Positions 24,173 through 32,792 of a stretch of 32,792 bases of DNA are shown one piece after another. This DNA comes from Nemertoderma westbladi (Eukaryota; Animalia; Xenacoelomorpha). The DNA lies in NCBI GenBank assembly GCA_032718475.1, contig JAUCBJ010002930.1, positions 1 to 32,792 of the forward strand, in the 5' to 3' direction. The position numbers and the translations under genes were made by a program. The first letter of the stretch is position 1. Every line of letters starts with the position of its first letter. The notes below the pieces were generated by a model. The model was not told where the DNA came from. It made no database searches and saw only the letters and a list, made by a program, of their open reading frames with translations.

Positions 24173-27100
24173 ACGAGTGAGCAAACTATACAGTTAGTTA
24201 GCTATAAGTTAGAAAACTATACAGTTAACTATGAGTTAGCAAACTATACAGTTAGTTAGCTATGAGCTAGCAAACTATACAGTTAGTTAGCTATAAGTTA
24301 GAAAACTATACAGTTAGTTAGCTATAAGTTAGAAAACTATACAGTTAGTTAGCTATAAGTTAGAAAACTATACAGTTAACTACGAGTTAGCAAACTATAC
24401 AGTTAGTTAGCTATAAGTTAGAAAACTATACAGTTAACTATGAGTTAGCAAACTATACAGTTAGTTAGCTATGAGCTAGCAAACTATACAGTTAGTTAGC
24501 TATAAGTTAGAAAACTATACAGTTAGTTAGCTATAAGTTAGAAAACTATACAGTTAGTTAGCTATAAGTTAGAAAACTATACAGTTAGCTAGCTACGAGT
24601 TAGAAAACTATACAGTTAGTTAGCTATAAGTTAGAAAACTATACAGTTAACTACAAGTTAGCAAACTATACAGTTAGTTAGCTATAAGTTAGAAAACTAT
24701 ACAGTTAACTATGAGTTAGCAAACTATACAGTTAGTTAGCTATGAGCTAGCAAACTATACAGTAAGTTAGCTATAAGTTAGAAAACTATACAGTTAGTTA
24801 GCTATAAGTTAGAAAACTATACAGTTAGGTAGCTATAAGTTAGAAAACTATACAGTTAACTACGAGTTAGCAAACTATACAGTTAGTTAGCTATAAGTTA
24901 GAAAACTATACAGTTAACTATGAGTTAGCAAACTATACAGTTAGTTAGCTATGAGCTAGCAAACTATACAGTTAGTTAGCTATAAGTTAGAAAACTATAC
25001 AGTTAGTTAGATATAAGTTAGAAAACTATACAGTTAGTTAGCTATAAGTTAGAAAACTATACAGTTAGCTAGCTACGAGTTAGAAAACTATACAGTTAGT
25101 TAGCTATAAGTTAGAAAACTATACAGTTAACTACAAGTTAGCAAACTATACAGTTAGTTAGCTATAAGTTAGAAAACTATACAGTTAACTATGAGTTAGC
25201 AAACTATACAGTTAGTTAGCTATGAGCTAGCAAACTATACAGTTAGTTAGCTATAAGTTAGAAAACTATACAGTTAGTTAGCTATGAGTTAGAAAACTAT
25301 ACAGTTAGTTAGCTATAAGTTAGAAAACTATACAGTTAACTATGAGTTAGCAAACTATACAGTTAGTTAGCTACAAGTTAGCAAACTATACAGTTAACTA
25401 CGAGTTAGCAAACTATACAGTTAACTATGAGTTAGCAAACTATACAGTTAGTTAGCTATAAGTTAGAAAACTATACAGTTAACTACGAGTTAGCAAACTA
25501 TACAGTTAACTATGAGTTAGCAAACTATACAGTTAGTTAGCTACGAGTTAGCAAACTATACAGTTAGTTAGCTACGAGTTAGCAAACTATACAGTTAGCT
25601 AGCTACGAGTTAGCAAACTATACAGTTAACTATGAGTTAGCAAACTATACAGTTAGTTAGCTACGAGTTAGCAAACTATACAGTTAACTATGAGTTAGCA
25701 AACTATACAGTTAGTTAGCTACGAGTTAGCAAACTATACAGTTAGTTAGCTACGAGTTAGCAAACTATACAGTTAGTTAGCTACGAGTTAGCAAACTATA
25801 CAGTTAGTTAGCTACGAGTTAGCAAACTATACAGTTAGTTAGCTACGAGTTAGCAAACTATACAGTTAGTTAGCTACGAGTTAGCAAACTATACAGTTAA
25901 CTATGAGTTAGCAAACTATACAGTTAGTTAGCTACGAGTTAGCAAACTATACAGTTAACTATGAGTTAGCAAACTATACAGTTAGTTAGCTACGAATTAG
26001 CAAACTATACAGTTAGTTAGCTACGAGTTAGCAAACTATACAGTTAGTTAGCTAAAAGTTAGCAAACTATACAGTTAGTTAGCTACGAGTTAGCAAACTA
26101 TACAGTTAACTATGAGTTAGCAAACTATACAGTTAGTTAGCTACAAGTTAGCAAACTATACAGTTAACTACGAGTTAGCAAACTATACAGTTAACTATGA
26201 GTTAGCAAACTATACAGTTAGTTAGCTATAAGTTAGAAAACTATACAGTTAACTACGAGTTAGCAAACTATACAGTTAACTATGAGTTAGCAAACTATAC
26301 AGTTAGTTAGCTACGAGTTAGCAAACTATACAGTTAGTTAGCTACGAGTTAGCAAACTATACAGTTAGTTAGCTACGAGTTAGCAAACTATACAGTTACC
26401 TATGAGTTAGCAAACTATACAGTTAGTTAGCTACGAGTTAGCAAACTATACAGTTAACTATGAGTTAGCAAACTATACAGTTAGTTAGCTACGAGTTAGC
26501 AAACTATACAGTTAGTTAGCTACGAGTTAGCAAACTATACAGTTAGTTAGCTACAGTTAGCAAACTATACAGTTAGTTAGCTACGAGTTAGCAAACTATA
26601 CAGTTAGTTAGCTACGAGTTAGCAAACTATACAGTTAACTATGAGTTAGCAAACTATACAGTTAGTTAGCTACGAGTTAGCAAACTATACAGTTAACTAT
26701 GAGTTAGCAAACTATACAGTTAGTTAGCTACGAGTTAGCAAACTATACAGTTAGTTAGCTACGAGTTAGCAAACAATACAGTTAGTTAGCTACGAGTTAG
26801 CAAACTATACAGTTAGTTAGCTACGAGTTAGCAAACTATACAGTTAGTTAGCTACGAGTTAGCAAACTATACAGTTAACTATGAGTTAGCAAACTATACA
26901 GTTAGTTAGCTACGAGTTAGCAAACTATACAGTTAGATAGCTACGAGTTAGCAAACTATACAGTTAGTTAGCTACGAGTTAGAAAACAATACAGTTAACT
27001 ATGAGTTAGCAAACTATACAGTTAGTTAGCTACGAGTTAGCAAACTATACAGTTAGTTAGCTACGAGTTAGCAAACTATACAGTTAGTTAGTTACGAGTT

Positions 27101-30100
27101 AGAAAACTATACAGTTAACTATGAGTTAGCAAACTATACAGTGAGTTAGCTACAAGTTAGAAAACTATACAGTTAGTTAGCTATAAGTTAGAAAACTATA
27201 CAGTTAGCTAGCTACGAGTTAGAAAACTATACAGTTAGTTAGCTACGAGTTAGCAAACTATACAATTAGTTAGCTACGAGTTAGTAAACTATACAGTTAG
27301 TTAGCTACGAGTTAGCAAAATATACAGTTAGTTAGCTACGAGTTAGCAAACTATACAGTTAGTTAGCTACGAGTTAGCAAACTATACAGTTAACTATGAG
27401 TTAGCAAACTATACAGTTAGTTAGCTACGAGTTAGCAAACTATACAGTTAACTATGAGTTAGCAAACTATACAGTTAGTTAGCTACGAGTTAGCAAACTA
27501 TACAGTCAGTTAGCTACGAGTTAGCAAACTATACAGTTAGTTAGCTACGAGTTGGCAAACTATACAGTTAACTATGAGTTAGTAAACTATACAGTTAGTT
27601 AGCTACGAGTTAGCAAACTATACAGTTAGTTAGCTACGAGTTAGCAAACTATACAGTTAGTTAGCTACGAGTTAGAAAACTATACAGTTAACTATGAGTT
27701 AGCAAACTATACAGTTAGTTAGCTACGAGTTAGCAAACTATACAGTTAGTTAGCTACGAGTTAGCAAACTATACAGTTAGTTAGCTACGAGTTAGAAAAC
27801 TATACAGTTAACTATGAGTTAGCAAACTATACAGTGAGTTAGCTACAAGTTAGAAAACTATACAGTTAGTTAGCTATAAGTTAGAAAACTATACAGTTAG
27901 CTAGCTACGAGTTAGAAAACTATACAGTTAACTACGAGTTAGCAAACTATACAGTTAGTTAGCTATAAGTTAGAAAACTATACAGTTAACTATGAGTTAG
28001 CAAACTATACAGTTAGTTAGCTACGAGTTAGCAAACTATACAGTTAGTTAGCTACGAGTTAGCAAACTATACAGTTAGTTAGCTACGAGTTAGAAAACTA
28101 TACAGTTAACTATGAGTTAGCAAACTATACAGTGAGTTAGCTACAAGTTAGAAAACTATACAGTTAGTTAGCTATAAGTTAGAAAACTATACAGTTAGCT
28201 AGCTACGAGTTAGAAAACTATACAGTTAACTACGAGTTAGCAAACTATACAGTTAGTTAGCTATGAGTTAGCAAACTATACAGTTAGTTAGCTACAAGTT
28301 AGAAAACTATACAGTTAACTATGAGTTAGCAAACTATACAGTTAGTTAGCTATGAGTTAGCAAACTATACAGTTAGTTAGCTACGAGTTAGCAAACTATA
28401 CAGTTAGTTAGCTACGAGATAGAAAACTATACAGTTAACTATGAGTTATCAAACTATACAGTGAGTTAGCTACAAGTTAGAAAACTATACAGTTAGTTAG
28501 CTATAAGTTAGAAAACTATACAGTTAGCTAGCTACGAGTTAGAAAACTATACAGTTAACTACGAGTTAGCAAACGATACAGTTAGTTAGCTATGAGTTAG
28601 AAAACTATACTATGAGTTAGCAAACTATACAGTTAGTTAGCTATGAGTTAGCAAACTATACAGTTAGCTAGCTATGAGTTAGCAAACTATACAGTTAGTT
28701 AGCTACGAGTTAGAAAACTATACAGTTAACTATGAGTTAGCAAACTATACAGTGAGTTAGCTATGAGTTAGCAAACTATACAGTTAGTTAGCTACGAGTT
28801 AGCAAACTATACAGTTAGTTAGCTACGAGTTAGCAAACTATACAGTTAGTTAGCTACGAGTTAGAAAACTATACAGTTAATTATGAGTTAGCAAACTATA
28901 CAGTTAGTTAGCTATGAGTTAGCAAACTATACAGTTAGTTAGCTACGAGTTAGCAAACTATACAGTTAGTTAGCTACGAGTTAGAAAACTATACAGTTAA
29001 CTATGAGTTAGCAAACTATACAGTGAGTTAGCTATGAGTTAGCAAACTATACAGTTAGTAAGCTATGAGTTAGCAAACTATACAGTTAGTTAGCTACGAG
29101 TTAGAAAACTATACAGTTAACTATGAGTTAGCAAACTATACAGTGAGTTAGCTATGAGTTAGCAAACTATACAGTTAGTTAGCTACGAGTTAGCAAACTA
29201 TACAGTTAGTTAGCTACGAGTTAGCAAACTATACAGTTAGTTAGCTACGAGTTAGAAAACTATACAGTTAACTATGAGTTAGCAAACTATACAGTTAGTT
29301 AGCTATGAGTTAGCAAACTATACAGTTAGTTAGCTACGAGTTAGCAAACTATACAGTTAGTTAGCTACGAGTTAGAAAACTATACAGTTAACTATGAGTT
29401 AGCAAACTATACAGTTAGTTAGCTATGAGTTAGCAAACTATACAGTTAGTTAGCTACGAGTTAGCAAACTATACAGTTAGTTAGCTACGAGTTAGAAAAC
29501 TATACAGTTAACTATGAGTTAGCAAACTATACAGTGAGTTAGCTACAAGTTAGAAAACTATACAGTTGACTATGAGTTAGCAAACTATACAGTTAGTTAG
29601 CTATGAGTTAGCAAACTATACAGTTAGTTAGCTACGAGTTAGCAAACTATGCAGTTAGCTACGAGCTGCAAACTATACAGTTAGCTACGAGTTAGCAAAC
29701 TATACAGTTAGCCACGAGTTAGCAAACTATACAGTTAGCTACGAGTTAGTAAACTATACAGTTAGCTACCAGTTGGCAAACTATACATTTAGCTACGAGT
29801 TAAAAAACTATACAGTTAGCTACGAGTTAGCAAATATACAGTTAGTTAGCTATAAGTTAGCAAACTATACAGTTAGCTATGAATTAGCAAACTATACAGA
29901 TAATTAGCTATGAGCTAGCAAACTATACAGTTAGTTAGCTATGAGATAGCAAACTATATAGTTAGTTAGCTATGAGTTAGCAAACTAGACAGTTTGCTAC
30001 AAATTAGCAAACTATACAGTTTGCTACAAATTAGCAAACTATACAGTTAGCTATGAGTTAGCCAACTATACAGTTAGCTAACGAGTTTGCAAACTATACA

Positions 30101-30107
30101 CTTAGCC
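24173..30107. repeat. 31/27-bp minisatellite, ~200 copies, filling a PTP intron
   Basis: Units aaactatacagttagttagcta(c/t)(g/a)agttag(c/a) (31 bp) and aaactatacagttaactatgagttagc (27 bp) are interspersed, with local higher-order periodicity. Confidence 0.99.
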
Positions 30108-30229
30108 GGTTAATTATAGCTACTGGTAAGTAATTAGCAATGAATTCGGGAATTGACTCATTGTGACTTGTGAGGTTTTCATGCATATCTGAAAATACAC
30201 AAAATTAATATACGAACAAGCAGACTTAC

Positions 30230-30390
30230 TTGCAATGAACTACAATGGGTTTGTCGTTGCCGCCATGCATTTGCTGTATTTTCGTGACCTGTCCCAAGAG
30301 TTCAACCAGCTGAACAGCGTGTTCGGGTTCACTGTGAGCGTCTTTCCAGCCCTGGTAGTGAAAATGAGCGACTGTACGCTCACTACCTTC
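30230..30390 (-). CDS. Receptor-type PTP exon (WPD-loop region through VHC)
   Basis: Bounded by tcttacag|GAA and TGC AA|GTAAGT. 161 bp, phases 0/2. Encodes EGSERTVAHFHYQGWKDAHSEPEHAVQLVELLGQVTKIQQMHGGNDKPIVVHC. It is not in the ORF track. Confidence 0.95.
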
Positions 30391-30437
30391 CTGTAAGATA
30401 ATTAATCATCATCATCATAAATGGCATTTTATAAAGG

Positions 30438-30498
30438 GCTGCTAGATTATGATGCTAGATGCTGCTAGATTATGATGCTAGATGCTGCTAGATTATGA
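30438..30498. repeat. 23-bp tandem repeat, ~2.7 copies, intronic
   Basis: gctgctagattatgatgctagat is repeated. Confidence 0.85.
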
Positions 30499-30765
30499 CT
30501 TAGTGTAGGTAATCTGATTCGATAATGATTTGCCATATTTGCCAAATTAAGATAAAAATTTCCAAACATATTATATGAAATAATTATTATTTCTTAATAA
30601 AACATGAATTAAGTACAAAATACCTTAAATATTTGAATTCAAAAATATTTGAATTTGAGACCCCAATTTCTAAATTCCCATAGAAAGTGGAGCACACCAA
30701 ACGCACTTAAAATGGAGGATTATCTGTTTATATGGTAGCGGTAGGTCTACAGAGCAAACACTTAC

Positions 30766-30906
30766 AGTGAGATGTTTTATCCTAAATATCCGCATCACAT
30801 ATTCGTCGAAGGTGTAAGGTCTCTCAGCCACAGTAGCAACTTCCAACTCTTCAAACCTCTCATTCTCGTTGATATCAGGGAAATATTGAACGAATGTAAA
30901 AGTACC
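30766..30906 (-). CDS. Receptor-type PTP exon (QYWP-equivalent region)
   Basis: Bounded by cttttacag|GGT and ACT|GTAAGT. 141 bp, phases 0/0. Encodes GTFTFVQYFPDINENERFEELEVATVAERPYTFDEYVMRIFRIKHLT and splices in frame to the next exon. Confidence 0.9.
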
Positions 30907-31249
30907 CTGTAAAAGTACGATTATTAAATCGTAGAAATCGCAAATTGTAATCTTTCTTATGACTGTTGACATTATATTATCTTGCACAGAAATGTGAAGG
31001 AGCAAAAATAAAATAAATGAACTGAAAAGTATTAAAAATTAATTAAATAACGATTTATTAAGGCACGAATTTTTAACCCAGTAAAAAGACAATAAAAACC
31101 AGACAGAAGGGATCTCTGTTGGACAGATGCGCGACGCAAGAGAGAAACCCCCAGATCCAATTTCGCCGCGTCAACTCTCTCCCTGCTAGGATATCAACTT
31201 GCTCAAAATGTCCCGTTACCCCGGGTAACCCGGATCTGATTGCAAGAAG

Positions 31250-32792
31250 CCGAGTGATGGGAGCGCCATAGAGAGAGGGAGAGGTCCCTTACCGACTCCT
31301 TCACGAGTGGGAGCGTGATAGGGAGAGGGAGAGGTCCCTTACCGACTCCTCCACGAGTGGTGGGAGCGCGATAGGGAGATGCAGAGGTCCCTTACCGACT
31401 CCTCCCGAGTGGTGGGAGCGCGATAGGGAGAGGGAGAGGTCCCTTACCGACTCCTCCCGAGTGGTGGGAGCGCGATAGGGAGAGGGAGAGGTCCCTTACC
31501 GACTCCTCCCGAGTGGTGGGAGCACCATAGGGAGAGGGAGAGGTCCCTTACCGACTCCTCCACCAGTGGTGGGAGCGCGATAGGGAGATGGAGAGGTCCC
31601 TTACCGACTCGTCCACCAGTGGTGGGAGCGCGATAAGGAGAGGGAGAGGTCCCTTACCGACTCCTCCACCAGTGGTGGGAGCGCGATAGGGAGAGGGAGA
31701 GGTCCCTTACCGACTCCTCCACCAGTGGTGGGAGCGCGATAGGGAGAGGGAGAGGTCCCTTACCGACTCCTCCACCAGTGGTGGGAGCGCGATAGGGAGA
31801 GGGGGAGGTCCCTTACCGAATCCTCCACCAGTGGTGGGAGCGCGATAGAGAGAGGGAGAGGTCCCTTACCGAATCCTCCACCAGTGGTGGGAGCGCGATA
31901 GGGAGAGGGAGAGGTCCCTTACTGATTCCTCCCGAGTGGTGGGAGCGCGATAGGGAGAGGGAGAAGTCCCTTACCGACTCCTCCACCAGTGGTGGGAGCG
32001 CGATAGGGAGAGGGAGAGGTCCCTTACTGATTCCCCCCGAGTGGTGGGAGCGTGATAGGGAGAGGGAGAGGTCCCTTACCGAATCCTCCACCAGTGGTGG
32101 GAGCGCGACAGGGAGAGGGAGAGGGAGAGGTCCCTTACCGACTCCTCCCGAGTGTTGGGAGCGCGATAGGGAGAGGGAGAGGTCCCTTACCGACTCATCC
32201 CGAGTGGTGGGAGCGTGATAGGGAGAGGGAGAGGCCCCTTACCGACTCCTCCCGAGTGGTGGAGGCGCGATAGGGAGAGGGAGAGGCCCCTTACCGACTC
32301 CTCCCGAGTGGTGGGAGCGCGATAGGGAGAGGGAGAGGTCCCTTACCGACTCCTCCCGAGTGGTGGGAGCGCGATAGGGAGAGGGAGAGGTCCCTTACCG
32401 ACTCCTCCCGAGTGTTGGGAGCGCGATAGGGAGAGGGAGAGGTCCCTTACCGACTCATCCCGAGTGGTGGGAGCGCGATAGGGAGAGGGAGAGGTCCCTT
32501 ACCGACTCATCCCGAGTGTTGGGAGCGCGAAAGGGAGAGGGAGAGGTCCCTTACCGACTCCTCCACCAGTGGTGGGAGCGCGATAGGGGGAGGGATAGGT
32601 CCCTTACCGACTCATCCCGAGTGGTGGGAGCACCATAGGGAGAGGGAGAGGTCCCTTACCGACTCCTCCACGGGTGGTGGGAGCGCGATAGGGAGAGGGA
32701 GAGGTCCCTTACCGACTCCTCCACTAGTGTTGGGAGCGCGATAGGGAGAGGGAGAGGTCCCTTACCGACTCCTCCACCAGTGGTGGGAGCGC
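31250..32792. repeat. 52/53-bp GC-rich, purine-skewed minisatellite, >=29 copies, running off the window end (intronic)
   Basis: Unit gggagcgcgatagggagagggagaggtcccttaccgactcctcc(c/ac)(g/c)agtggt. Confidence 0.99.

Noticed and set aside
31813-32273. ORFs in the GC-rich array
   Set aside because: The 52/53-bp units shift frame, so these are translation artefacts.
9323-32792. CRISPR-like arrays
   Set aside because: Units are head-to-tail with no unique spacers, there are no cas genes, and the context is a spliced eukaryotic gene.

Overview
AT-rich animal (metazoan) genomic DNA, roughly two-thirds tandem repeat. The minus strand carries the last four visible exons of a receptor-type protein tyrosine phosphatase. 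These encode a D2-like domain with HCNNGSGRTG, followed by the PTPRA/PTPRE-type YANFK motif. The minus strand also carries a TSD-bounded, internally deleted RTE-clade LINE at 5832-8648. Five minisatellite arrays (30, 25, 42, 31/27 and 52/53 bp units) explain all the very long ORFs. Two observations stand out. (i) The 5' part of the RTE element contains a near-canonical type II SECIS/kink-turn-like hairpin that is read through in frame. (ii) The adjacent 25-bp and 42-bp arrays match consecutive segments of a small palindromic MITE, of which an uninflated copy lies at 5091-5225. This suggests one ~135-bp element was inflated to ~11 kb just downstream of the PTP stop codon. All structures and alignments were done by eye.
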